Shown piece by piece: positions 11,273 through 23,549 of a stretch of 64,000 nt of DNA. Each line of letters begins with the position of its first letter. Position 1 is the first letter of the stretch. The stretch spans positions 145,388-209,387 of the forward strand of contig JALMLS010000631.1 of NCBI GenBank assembly GCA_038496445.1, given 5' to 3'. This stretch comes from Trichosphaerium sp. ATCC 40318. Its lineage: Eukaryota; Protista; Tubulinea. The notes beneath the pieces are model-generated. The model did no database searches and had not been told where the DNA came from. It saw only the letters and a list, made by a program, of their open reading frames with translations. The position numbers and the translations under genes were made by a program.

Positions 11273-13454
11273 TTAGTATGGTCTATGTACAACATCCATA
11301 TAATCTACAAGAATGTTCTTCAACATTGTCCTGTCGACCATCTTATCTCCAGCTTCATATGTTTTAACAGTATCATTTCCCCATTTTGTTGGATTGGCAA
11401 CAACATCCTTGTAAAAAAAATTGATAAGTTCAAGCTTGGCGACAAAAAAAATAAACAAAGGCTGTTCATCGAACAACAGAGCTTACCGTAACAGCTTCTT
11501 TGAGGTCTTCAAGGAACTCTCCAATTACTTTTGAGTCAGTGTTGAGTGTAATAGATAAGTGAAGGGCAGGAGGTTTTACAATACGGTCCATGTTCCATCC
11601 TTTAGAACGAAGTACTTCTCCAACATGATAGATGTTATTCTTGCCTAAATATAATGTTTTATTACAAAAATAATTACCTAGCATGTGTCTAAGTATGTTT
11701 TTTACGTACTGTCTGTCGTTGTAAAAGCAAACCCACACATATCAGGTTCACCAATAACAGTCAATTCAGGTATTTTGTTTATTCCATTTTTTGCTTCCTC
11801 TGTGTATGTCATCAACTTTGATACAACATTCTTGTATCCTTCTTTTCCGTTCTTCATAAGTGCAGCCCAGGCGCCTGCAATTAGACCTCCAGGTCGAGTA
11901 CCAGCCTACAAAAATTCAGTTAAAAAAACGCATCAGGATTACTACTAGAGGTTTGAGTGGACATACGACTGTTGGTGTGCAGTAAAGCCAAGTATGTTCA
12001 CTGTAAGCAAAGAACATATGTTTACGAATCTCTGGTTCACGGAACATTACAACTGAAGTTCCTTTAGGTCCAAGTCCGTACTTGTGAACATCTGCAGATA
12101 TTGTAGTAACACCTTTTAAACAGTCAAGATTTAAAACGTTTTCTAAAGATGCTGCAGCTTGTACCAGGTAGTCTGAAGTCGTACACGTATGGTAACTCTT
12201 TACCAAGCATTTCCATGAAAGGCAGAACGAAGCCTCCAAGGCAGCAATCAACGTGTAAGCCAATACCATGCTCATTTGCCAACGAAGCTTTAAAAAAGTC
12301 AGTTAGCAACAGAAAGGATTTGATGATTATTACCAATCTCAGGAATAGGATCAATGACGCCAAAAGGGAAGCAAGGAGCACTTGCATAAATCATAAATGT
12401 ATCTTTTGTTATGGCTTTTCTTATAGCCTCTACATCTGCTCTATAGTCTTCTTTACGTACTGGAATTCGTACAACCTTAAAGCCTAAGCACAAAACGCAT
12501 TTAGCAATAAGTCAACTTAACACCTTTTGGAATTTACCAAAAAATTCAGATGCTTTGTTGATTGACGAATGTGATGTTGTAGAGCATATAAGTGTCGGAT
12601 TCTTTATGTCAGGTCGTCTAGATAGTACCCACTCTTTTGTAGCTTTTATACTGAGCAGAATTGATTCTGTACCACCTGAGGTAACGTTTCCACAAACTGT
12701 CTTTCTGACCTTGTTTCCCTATTTTTTGAGAAAACGTCAAATGACGAGAATGACATCTGTCTGTTTAAAACACGTACCAAAAGGTTGGCAGTCATCGCTA
12801 CAACCTCAGACTCGAACTTTTGAAGACTAGGGAACATACCAGGTGTCAAAGGATTAGTATTGGCGAACATACTGTAAGCCTAAGCGAGATTATTTTAGAC
12901 CAAAGTCTTGCTTTAAATATGAACCTCAACAAGAAGGGATTTGTGTTCCTTGTCCTTTGTTTGATAATAGACATATCCCCAAACGCGTCCATCCGCTTCT
13001 TTAACGTCTGAAACACTAACAGCCTTCATAATTGCTAAAACATCGTCCTTGCTAAGTGAGCCGTTTGGAAGTTCAGTATTTGTGTCCTGGTCGCCAAGGC
13101 CTTGTCGTAGCTTCTTTTGTGTCTTTTCTAAACCGCTAACGACTTTTGCTTGTTCTGCCGCAATGATCGAACTGCCACCTGGTATCGCTTGAATGGACTT
13201 TACCATGATATATTCAAGGTATGGAGTTACACCTACAGCAAGTGAGAAAACGGTTTCATTTTATTTCAAATGTGAGCGCACCGTGTTCGGCAACCTGTTT
13301 AGCAACATACAAACCCAAAACGGAACCTTATAACAGTCAAAAGTCAAAAACCATTTTTATTTGGTTTGATTTATCAATAACGCGTACCTACGCCAGCTAA
13401 ATAGTATGTAGCATTCCGAACTAGCGGATTTTTCCAAGATAGCTTTGACAGCAT
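11273..13454 (-). CDS. SGPL1: Sphingosine-1-phosphate lyase (PLP-dependent)
   Basis: TNPL.[81 protein letters not shown]. N-terminal TM exon; ATG at 13454 follows an acceptor site. Confidence 0.95.
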
Positions 13455-13924
13455 CTACACGCTCAATTAATCATATAACAGTGGTAACGTAATTACAAAG
13501 GACACATTCTTGCGTAACCGTACGTTTTTGGTTGTTTATTCTGTTTGAGAAGAAGCTTAAACGACTACTTTCTTAAAAAGGAATGTATCTTGTTTATTTT
13601 AGAAATGACCTGTCACTATTTCAATTCAAAGTAAACCGTCATCAAGACGTACAGAGCCAGTACCAATGTTATAGCTGTTGGTGACGCTGTGTACTCACAA
13701 TTGTACCAGGTTTACAGTTACATTTTGTTGGCGGCTTCTTCAAGTATCTACTCAAAGACACTAACTCAGAATAAGAATCTAGAATGACACTTTACGTATG
13801 TACATGTGATACTAGCTACAATATAAGTTGTTAAAAAAAAACTATCGTAAGAGGCGTAAAATACTGAGATTAAGTTTGAAAACAGTTTTTCGTGATTCTT
13901 TGCTGACAACTTCTCTGGCTTCTC

Positions 13925-14729
13925 ATGGAAATAAAGCGAGAAGTAAGTACTCAGTAACTGTTCTTTGTATTTAACGAATTCTAAGTTCAAGTCAACCAAA
14001 ACGCTGTTTAGAAGGCTTACAGATCTTCCAGTTGAGCTATGTCTCGATATAATAGAGTTAGACGTTGAAATCTATATCATGTGGCCTTTACTATCTAAAC
14101 AAGCAGCAACGACAACGAGATTTGATTGGAACTTGAACAAACAAGGTAAATGGATAAAATACAGGGGGTTAAAATACAGGAGGAAAAGGTATTGTAAAAT
14201 AGAGCTAGAGCATTGGGCTCATGGAATACGTGAAGGACCTTGTAAATACTGGTATCGTAATGGATTAATTCGTACCGAATGCTCGTATGTTAATGGTAGG
14301 CCGGAAGCAGTTTACAAACTTCTGGCACTGAGCGGTCAGCAGAAGTCACAAAGTAATTACGTCAACGGCAAGCAGGAAGGAGAGTACAAGAAATGGCACC
14401 GCAATGGTATATTAGCCGAACAATGTCACTATGTAAACAACAAACAAGAAGGAGAGTTTAAATCCTGGTACGATAATGGAAGGAAAGCTATACACTGTTA
14501 TTTTGTTGATGGTAAGAAACATGGAGAATACCAGAATTGGTTTACGTTTGGACCTATGAGAGAGCGTATGTCCTTTGTTAATGGAGAAAAAAAAGGTGAA
14601 CATACTTTCTATTTTCACAATCGTAGCAATCCGCAACCAAAGGTTTTAGTCAGGAGAACTTATTTTGCTAATAATAACAAGATAATTAGACAAACTTACG
14701 AGTGGCAAGAAGTGCAACAAGAAGAATAA
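13925..14729 (+). CDS. F-box-like + MORN-variant (MORN_2/YwqK-type) repeat protein
   Basis: MEIKRE, then an intron at 13943-13985, in frame with the 13965 ORF. LTDLPVELCLDII F-box-like motif followed by about five 24-aa G.++.WY.NG.....Y.NGK.EG repeats. Confidence 0.8.
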
Positions 14730-14800
14730 ACTGTCTTTTTTTTTTTTTGATTTTTGTACATTTTGATTTGATTAATTTCTTTTACTGTAGAGCTGTTGAT

Positions 14801-17318
14801 TTACGCTTGCTGTGATACTCGAAAGACTCTTTTGTAGTTTACTGTCTGAAAGAAAAATTCATTAAAATTACTAGGTATACCCTAATAACAAAGACTAGTT
14901 AGCAAAAGAAGAAAAAGTTCACCAAAAAAAAATCTTCTGAAAAAAAGTGGTTGTTGGAATGTTTGTGTTTTTACCTTGTTGAAATAGTTGTGAAACATGC
15001 CATCACGTTTGAAGTGTTTGTATCGTCTAAAATTCATCTTTTCATTGGTAGTTAAATTCATTCCAACAAACTGGATGTGGAACCACGTCAACATCACAAG
15101 CCATACTACACAAAGAATCAATTTAATATTACTTCTTAATATACTTGACAAGTCAAGGCTAAGTATGGCCTACGTACGTCCAAAGAATGAGTGAAAAATA
15201 ACCATGATAAAAGCAAGTCGATCAGCATTGTAATAGTGAATTACATGCCACCACAAAGCATACCACGTGTTTGTATTTGAAAATGTCAGCAAATCTATTT
15301 TTTAGGTTATTGTCATACATTTCATAGAGTACTTACATCTTATTGTTAACAACAGAAACCATATGTGTGATACAGTCATAAAAATGCACATAACCAAGAA
15401 TCGCCTTTAAAAAGAAAAGTTAGGACCGAGAAAAATAAGAAAAAAATAAGATTTAGAATTGCTACCTGTGGTTATCAAATCCAACTGAGTTTGATATCCA
15501 ATGACAATAGTGATCAAATCGTGCAATGCACTTATTAGTCTTTTCACAGTGCTTGGACCTTAACGGTTTTACAATCTTGCATGATATGCAATAACTAATT
15601 CCTGTGTTTTTTCCAAGTTTCCAATCCTCAAATACATCCTATTTTTTTTGATAAGTTTGATTAAGTTCATACTTCTTCATTTTACTACGTACCTCCAGTG
15701 ACTTTGTATTTTTTGGTAATGCACCTGGATCAGATCTGATGCATGTTATAAACAAGTAAAGGTACGCCACAATAAGGAAATAAAGGGCTGAGTGTTCCCA
15801 ACTCGTTAGAACATCAGGTGCTGATAATTAAAGAAAAAAAATGATAAACCACGTGAACGGCTTTGCTTGTTAATGCGAAATTGTTTTAGGATACTGTTTA
15901 TAAGTTTGACCAATAAAATAAGAGAACAAGCAAATCCACTAGCAAATACACAAACACCCCACCAACCCACAACTGACTTTGTAAGTGAGTTTAGATGAAA
16001 TTTTCTGCTTGTATACCCTTCACATGAGTTAGATTGTGGCTTCATATGTTACAACGCGTACATATAAACAAGGATGCTAGTGGTACGAAAAAGTATATAG
16101 GAAGTACCACAAATGATAGAACACCGAAGAAAATACAACAAAAACTATGAAATAGGTTGAGTTTCAAAGAAAAACTAAAGTTCTTACCTCCACGTTGCCC
16201 AAAACCTCACTAATGGTTGTACAATAGTTGATCCGTAAGCAATACCTTGTTTTAATGATTAGGCGACAAAGTATAATTATGGTTCGTACCATTCACCGCA
16301 TGCTTGGCAACGTATTTTAAATTTTTTTCTATTTTTCTATACTTTTTGGCTTGTGCTGCTTCAAGTGGTGTTTCTCCTTCTTCGTCTTTTCCATCCAAAT
16401 AAGCACCATTTAGAGCAAGTATATTTGAAGCTGCAATCTTCCCTTTTATAACAGCCCAATGTAATGGAGATCGTTGTGTCTTATCAACAAGGTTGACATT
16501 TGCTCCTTTTCTGATAAAATATCTATTGGTTTATTTAGTAAACGAACTAAGAGCTTAAAGGCGTCCTTTACTACGTACTTTTGTAAACTCTTGTGTCCTT
16601 GGTACGATGCCCATGAAAGTGGTGTATGACCTTCACCATCAGTCAAGTTTATATTCATCCTATAGTGCTCCACAAGTAAATAACAAACAAACCCTGCATT
16701 TTTCTGTTTACAACCAAAAATTAGCTATGTTTTCAAGTCGTTACAAACCTGAGCAGCGTGGTGTAATATAGTAAAACCATAGGCGTCACGTGCATGAAAA
16801 TTAGCATCTAAAATAGGAATCAACAACTACGTTGACAATTTTGTTTTCCTTCTCTAAAGAACGCACCATGTTCTAGTAAGTACCATACTAAATACGTATG
16901 TCCGCGCAGAGCAGCCACCATAGAAGGCGTCTATAAGCGTTAACGGATGGATTTTTGCGTTAAGTTACGTTGTACTGTAATAACGCACCTGTTTGTGGGA
17001 GTTTAGCACGTCTATTTGCGTTCCTTTCTCGAGTAGACATTTAACAACTTTGGCTTTACCGCTCCAGCAAGCCCTTATTTTATTAGACACTCTTACGCAC
17101 ATAACGTTTGATTTTGGTACCAATGTAAAGGAAAATTTCCATCTGAGTCCTGGTCATGAATGCTATCAGTATGCTCTTCAATATAAGCTATTATGGATTC
17201 TGAGCTTCCGTTTTGCAGTTCTAAAGTTCATTTAACGTTAATTCTCAAAACGAGCAAACTAACCTTGAAATACGCCACTAAGAGGGTTTATACGCTCATT
17301 TTTATCACTGGCGGCCAT
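14801..17318 (-). CDS. Ankyrin-repeat palmitoyl acyltransferase (Akr1/ZDHHC17-like) with a DHYC motif
   Basis: Ankyrin exons (GNFPLHWAC, GFTILHHAAQ, GHTPLSWASYQGH); YCISCKIVKPLRSKHC...CIARFDHYCHWISNSVGFDNHR; NLTTNEKMN.RRY..F...NYFNKG. Confidence 0.9.
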
Positions 17319-17716
17319 GTTGGCTTTTATTCGCGTATGCTCAAGATTTCAACAAATGAATCAAGCAAGCCACTGCACTGACGTAAATACAATCACTTAA
17401 GGTTGGAGAAACGAAAGGGTCGTACAGTTTCTTTTTCACTACAATCTCAAACGAATCAAAACGCAAACAAGACGCTATTTGAGCTCATAAAAACGTATCA
17501 GAAAGCAATGTTAAAATAAACTCTATTTGTAATAGCGGCGTAAACGTATTTACGTCATTCATCGTTTCTTGGGTACAATGGTAACTTTTCTGTTAATAAA
17601 CCAGAAACAAGGGCGACAGTTGAAAAGCTTTACATGAATTTTCCGCCTGTGACAATCAGAAATTTGGCAAGTTTTTAAATAGGCACAATTTGACCATTTT
17701 CAAATTTAAACATAAC

Positions 17717-19601
17717 ATGGACATCTCAGCTTTCGATATAAGGGCAGGTGGAACCGAGACATACGGGTTTGAGCCTGAACAAGCAAAAGTAAGCGAGATT
17801 TGTTCCTAGTTCGTACGTTTTATTAATTTACGCGTTAGATCGATGAATATACCTACGGATACGCCGCTGAAGACAATTATACTCAACAACCAGTAGAAGT
17901 TGAGCAAAATCGTGTTGTAAGTTATAACTTGGATGCCTTTGAGGTACGACCATCAATACGCGAACATTGACAAAAATAACTACAACGTTACTTGTAATTG
18001 ACTCAAAACTATGTGCTTACTTTAAATAATCGATTATTTAGCTATTTGATAATAAAACCCCACAAGAAGAGACTCCGTTTGTTGATTATTCGAACATAGG
18101 CGATTACGACCTAAGCAATGACGTGCAATCACTTACAACTGACAGTACGCTCAATCTATGGAAAGCTTTTTCTCACAATCACTTTTTTAGTGCAACAAAT
18201 AAACGTTAAACCAAAAATTGACCCATCCAAGGCTGCAAAATTCATAAAGTCACCAACTTCTCATTGTGGCAAGTGTAGAATATTTACAGAAAAACACAAA
18301 ATGGATTCTTTCTGTTTTTTTTCTTAGACACCTCTTGTGGTTCACTGATTTGCTAACCTACCTTCAGTTATTAACATAGTCCCACCACGTTGCGATTGGC
18401 CAATCATGCAAGCTTTAAGATCAATTTCTGTAGCCAACTCACGCTGTGGACCACATTTGTCCTTTATAGATCCTTTCGTAGATGTACGTAAAGTGTTGTG
18501 CCTTTTAAGCCGTAAAATTTTATACTGATGACAACCTCTACAGGTCAAACACTATCCAGACGCTAAGGAAATACTTGAAGACGCATTACGATCCGTAAAG
18601 CCATTTTACATTTCACTCAACACACTTAGCTCTTTTGAGCACAGTAAAAAGTATGTTGTTTAACACTCTTTCTTCTAAGAAAACCTCTACCTATCTAACG
18701 TATTCTAGATCATACACCTTATTTGTAGAAGCTAAGTCCGAACCACCAAACGCTATCCACGATTTACAAAAAGCAATAATGAAAGTATTTCCACAGTGCA
18801 ATGACACCGTAAGCTTAAGTTTGTTATTTGGTTGTCTATTTCTCATTTCCAATGAAGGCAACACGATCTAAAAATGGTTATATCCCACACATGTCAATTG
18901 GTAAATACAAGAGCAGGGAAGCTATGGACAGAGCAAAGCGGAGCATTAAAGCAAATTGGGTAAACTGTAAATTCTTGCTCACAGAGCTTTATCTTCTCTT
19001 CAGGTAGAGCTTTTGTCCTCGTAAATGTTACTTTATTAAATTTAACTAGAACTGGCGGCGATCCATTTGAAGTCCGTCACGTTGTGAAATTAGGTGGCGA
19101 TAAGTCGACTCCACATTTTGGCCCAGGATGCCAAATTAGCAATGACAGATATGGACGGTCTGTTGTCGTAATGGGTTTCCCGAAAAATTACACTGATTCA
19201 AAGCTGTTGTCCATTTTCAGAAGGGAAGGGTATAGCGTAGTAAAGGGAGAGGTAACTCAGAACCCAAGAGGCCAAAGACGTACTGTGGGTATGTACAACA
19301 AGCTTGTTTTATGGATCAACTTCGTAACAATTAGCTAATCTCGTATGAAGGTGTTGTGGAATTAACTAGCCTCGGTGAAGCAAAACGCGCTCTAAAAGAG
19401 GCTTTTAAAAAGAAACAACCTATTCCAGGGTATAACGTGTACATCAAGCACTTACCAAACATGGTACGAAGCATTAGTATCTCAGTTTCTAAACGTACTG
19501 ATTGTGTTCTGTTTTAGGTATTCCCAGGCTTAGTTGGAGATTATTGTAGTTACCCAAGCGCTCGCGCATTCCTAAAATCAAAAGGAATTCATGCAATATA
19601 A
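17717..19601 (+). CDS. 2H-phosphoesterase (2'-5' RNA ligase-like, LENG9-type) domain fused to a C-terminal RRM
   Basis: Two Hx(S/T) motifs, GPHLSF (~18450) and IPHMSIG (~18885), preceded by IVPP..W..+Q.LR. An RRM-like region follows (SVVVMGFP...LLSIF...VGVVELTS..EAKRAL). Confidence 0.7.
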
Positions 19602-19688
19602 AACGAAAACAATAAAACTATTTTTCACTTTTTTTCACCACGTGTTTACACTAAGTCAATAACTTTTATTGTGTATTTTCTTCTGGCA

Positions 19689-21540
19689 ATGGCTCTAGCG
19701 GCGCCTATACGCGTAGCCTTTCTAAGCATTGTCCTTGCATGCGTGTGGGTGGCTGTTTACGTGCGTATGTACCTCAGTGCTTGTTAGAGTGTTTAAACCG
19801 AAAAAAGCAAACAAACAGCATAAGATGGTGGATCCTAGCGGTATAGTGAAAGGTTTAAGCCAACGGAAATACAGAGGGTCTGTTCAGCTATGATACATAA
19901 CGCACTAACAATCCCAGCATTCGTATAGCAGACTGGAACAAAGTGAACACAAAACTATCTGTAGCGCAATGGGTACGTAAATACAGCGTATTTCTACGCT
20001 TACGATAGGTCGTAATAGGCTCATGCTGAATTTGACTCCAAATCGGTTGCTATAATACGTAATGCGCCTATCAAAGACTGGGGACGCGTTTTTTCGTGGA
20101 CTCCAACGTATTTAGCACAAAGCGATCTCATTTTACAAAACGTGAGCCAAAATACACGCCCTGTTTTCGGGCCGCTTTGGGATAGTACACAAGCCTTAGC
20201 GAATGTCGAAACAATACAGGTGCGTCAATTACAATTTTAACGGTCTAGCACTAACCCAACAAAAAGCAAGTAAATGCACACGTGCAACTCGATATGAGTT
20301 TGACAGATTTCTTTGGTTTGTATGTTTATTCACTCTTTACAGCAATAACTTAGTTTTAGAGAAAAGAACGACAAAGGGTCTAAGTACACTCACTACAATT
20401 ATGGCGTTGATCACCTCTCAGACAGTTTACTAACAGACTTGAAAGGTGACAAACCACTATCAGAGGAGTAAGTGACAAAGTGTAATAATTAGTTCGTAGG
20501 TATTGACAAAGTAGTGTTTGACCCAACACGTGATGTTAATGCATTATTTGAAAGTGCCAATATCAGATCAAGCTTACGCTATGATGGTACATTCCAATAA
20601 TACTCTACTAGTAATTATGTATACAAGGGAACGTTAATATGTTCGCTCAAATATATGGTAAAAAACAATGGATAGTACTACCTCCAAAAGCGAATACTGC
20701 ACTTTATTGCTACCCATCTATCCATCCTCATCGTGGTCACTCTCAACTACTAGACTCTTTTCCTTACAATGTCAATCGAACTACGTTCCCTCAGTATAGG
20801 AACATAGAGCCAATTGTTTTTGAGCTCGAAGCTGGCGAGGTGCTGTATGTACCTGAGTATTGGTTCTATCAGAGCGAGACTGAAGGGAATTCAATATCTC
20901 TTCACTCATGGATCCCTTCAACAACAAGCAAAGTACTTACAAGTACGGGTATTAATACACAAAAAAATCCTCATTTCGTACCTAGATATGATAAAAGAAT
21001 CAGAGCTACCTTGGGAGTCATCAAATACGGAGAAGGTAACAAAAGCAAGTGCACATTTAGAAAAGTTGACACTATTCAGGAGAAAGAGGAGCAGTTTTAC
21101 CTGTACACAACAGCTCTCGTAAAGGTACTAGGAAAATCCACAATGCCACGTGAACGTAACAAAACAACCAGGTGTTGGGATTTTCTCATAGCTTTCTGGA
21201 GAAGATGGTTGAAACGAGATGGCAACGATTGCTAGCTTCAAAACAGCTGTCCTCACAAAAAACTGGCATTTGCCATAAACCTGCTAATTTACGTCTTCCC
21301 GAACACATACGTGATCTAGTACAAAACCATAGGAGTACGTACCAGCGATAAAGTAAATCGCCCTTTGTAACATTTGTAGATGAACTATCTGTCAGGAAGG
21401 GCGTCCGTGGTTTATTGCTAAGTGAATGGATTGAATTCATTGCTGAACAATTAGTTCAAACTAATAGTCAAGTATGTAAAACCGGTTTTTGTAGGGATTA
21501 TAAGAACTTACACAAGAATAGATTGGATCGCTATTGCACT
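19689..21540 (+). CDS. JmjC (cupin_8) domain protein with an N-terminal signal anchor; predicted iron-free
   Basis: MALAAPIRVAFLSIVLACVWVAVY; LRYDGNVNMFAQIYGKKQWIVLPP; LEAGEVLYVPEYWFYQ.E...SISL. 3' end approximate. Confidence 0.75.
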
Positions 21541-22550
21541 CTTGCTTTGGGAAAACAAAATAAACATAGCTATTGTAATTCAAAAATTTATTTGGTCTAC
21601 ATGACGATGCAGTGCTTACTGACACTACAAAGATGCTGTTCGATTGCGAATGCATTCGCAGTCAAAGGGTATCTTATAACTGTCCACTGGGCCACCATGC
21701 AACGCAGTTTGCGTTGAATTGGCTCCAGAAGGAACGAATTCATTTCATGGATTTGGACCTCTGTTTTTGGAGGTCCATCAAAGCAGTACTACCGCATGGA
21801 GAGCTCCAAAGTGAAAGCAATATGGCTCATCAAAAGCAGAAGCTCAAAGGGTATCGGAGAAGCAGACTATGGTCACTCGCCATGTTCTGACCTCTGTTGG
21901 GTATTGTTCCATTACCATGTGAGTTTGATAAGTCTCTTTGTAGAACCCCTTTAATAGTCGTAAGTTTAGAACGAAAACGTGTGGTAACGGATAAGTAACA
22001 TAAAAAAAAATGATTCAGTCCCAGATATTTCCATTCCTGCATGACGCTTTTGGATCAGATCTTGTCATCACAAAGTTTTCTGAAAAAAAAACAACAAAGC
22101 GCGATGAAATAGTGGCGTACATTCATAAAAGCGACATGGCGTGGGTGGCACTGATTATCAGTGCTATTATACCCGTTCTACGTTTATTCTCATTTCATTA
22201 GAGTAGCGTCCCTACATAGCTTGTTAATTACTTAATTCATGGCAAGAAAATGGCTCGTTTACGCGTAAACGAGTTTTATAATAATAAAAAGCCTCAGATC
22301 CACTTTGTAACTCATGAAAAGTCTCATAGCGCTGTACGGTGATTTGTACTTGGAACATCATGTTGGCTGTAAAGGAGCTTCAAAAAACTAATGCGTTGTA
22401 CGTACATTATAATGTTAGGAGGGCTTTGAGAATTGAGCATCGCGGCTGAGGTGCGATCGATGCATGTTTGACAGATTATGACATATGTTGACTTTTGTTT
22501 GGTTCAAAAAGTGTTTTACTGCGCAAAAATAGTCTGAGAGAAGCACAGGT

Positions 22551-23447
22551 TTGGAAGTGGTCTCTCCCATGGAGGGAGAGGAGCAAACGGAATTTACACA
22601 ACAAAAAGTGCCAGATGAAGGAAAAACGTCCGTTACAAATAAGAAACTATGCAGACAACGCGCAAGGAATAGAAAAAAGAAATATGGTAAGGCAGCAAAT
22701 AAACCTAAACCAAAAAGGCGTCAACCGAAGCCAAGGAAGCCCAAAGCCACTAGATCACCCTCTAAAAAAGGTAAAATTATACCTACCGTTGGATTTACAG
22801 ACGCAGAGTACATTTTTGAAATCGAAAAGAATCCCGTAAGACGCCCTGGAAAGCCACCTATATGGTGGCCACATAACTACAAACATTTTCCGAACGATGG
22901 TCCAGCTCTTCCGCGTATGACACAGGAGCAATTGAAGGCGCAATCAAAAAATTCTATCATTTCAAAATTTTATGGCACTCGCGAAGAAATTGACGCAATT
23001 CTTGATGAAACGTACCTCTATGGTATCGAAATAGTGGATGGTATTGTTTATCGTTGCAAAAACATTGTTGGTACACGTTATGGCCTTGATTGTAAGTGTG
23101 TCAGACTGCGTAGAGTTGACACTTTTTGGGCTCACGGATACCCATTGACAGATAGTGGGTACACGTGGTTAGTAAAGCGTTTCGGTAGGCGTGAAGCCAA
23201 GCCATTGGCGAGAGATACTTCACCAGAGCTTGAAACCAGTACAACTCCTGTATCGAAGAAGAAAGAAGAGACATTGACTGAAGTTACTAAGGGATCCCTT
23301 TCAGCTGAAAGTTCGCGTCCTGAATATTCAAATGTTGCTGAGGAAAACTCAGAGATTATTACTGAACCTGGTAAAGAGGCTTCCCCTACGCCTGAAGAAT
23401 GTATTGAGTTGGAAACAATGCTCGAAACTAAATGTACAATAAAATAA
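22551..23447 (+). CDS. Hypothetical protein: basic N-terminal region, small central domain, acidic/Ser-Thr tail
   Basis: 298-codon open frame, long for this AT-rich DNA. The true start is probably in an upstream exon (acceptor-like cacag at ~22549). No recognised family. Confidence 0.55.
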   Translation: MEVVSPMEGEEQTEFTQQKVPDEGKTSVTNKKLCRQRARNRKKKYGKAANKPKPKRRQPKPRKPKATRSPSKKGKIIPTVGFTDAEYIFEIEKNPVRRPGKPPIWWPHNYKHFPNDGPALPRMTQEQLKAQSKNSIISKFYGTREEIDAILDETYLYGIEIVDGIVYRCKNIVGTRYGLDCKCVRLRRVDTFWAHGYPLTDSGYTWLVKRFGRREAKPLARDTSPELETSTTPVSKKKEETLTEVTKGSLSAESSRPEYSNVAEENSEIITEPGKEASPTPEECIELETMLETKCTIK

Positions 23448-23549
23448 GTCTCTCGGAGAAAGTATGGCTGCGAGAAAACTCGAACAAAATAACCTGCTTG
23501 ACCAAGCATTTTTTTAACTGATACATGGCAACACAATAGACGGTTTACT

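Noticed and set aside
13965-14729. YwqK antitoxin / toxin-antitoxin system
   Set aside because: The similarity is only the generic MORN-variant repeat; there is no toxin partner and the gene has a spliceosomal intron.
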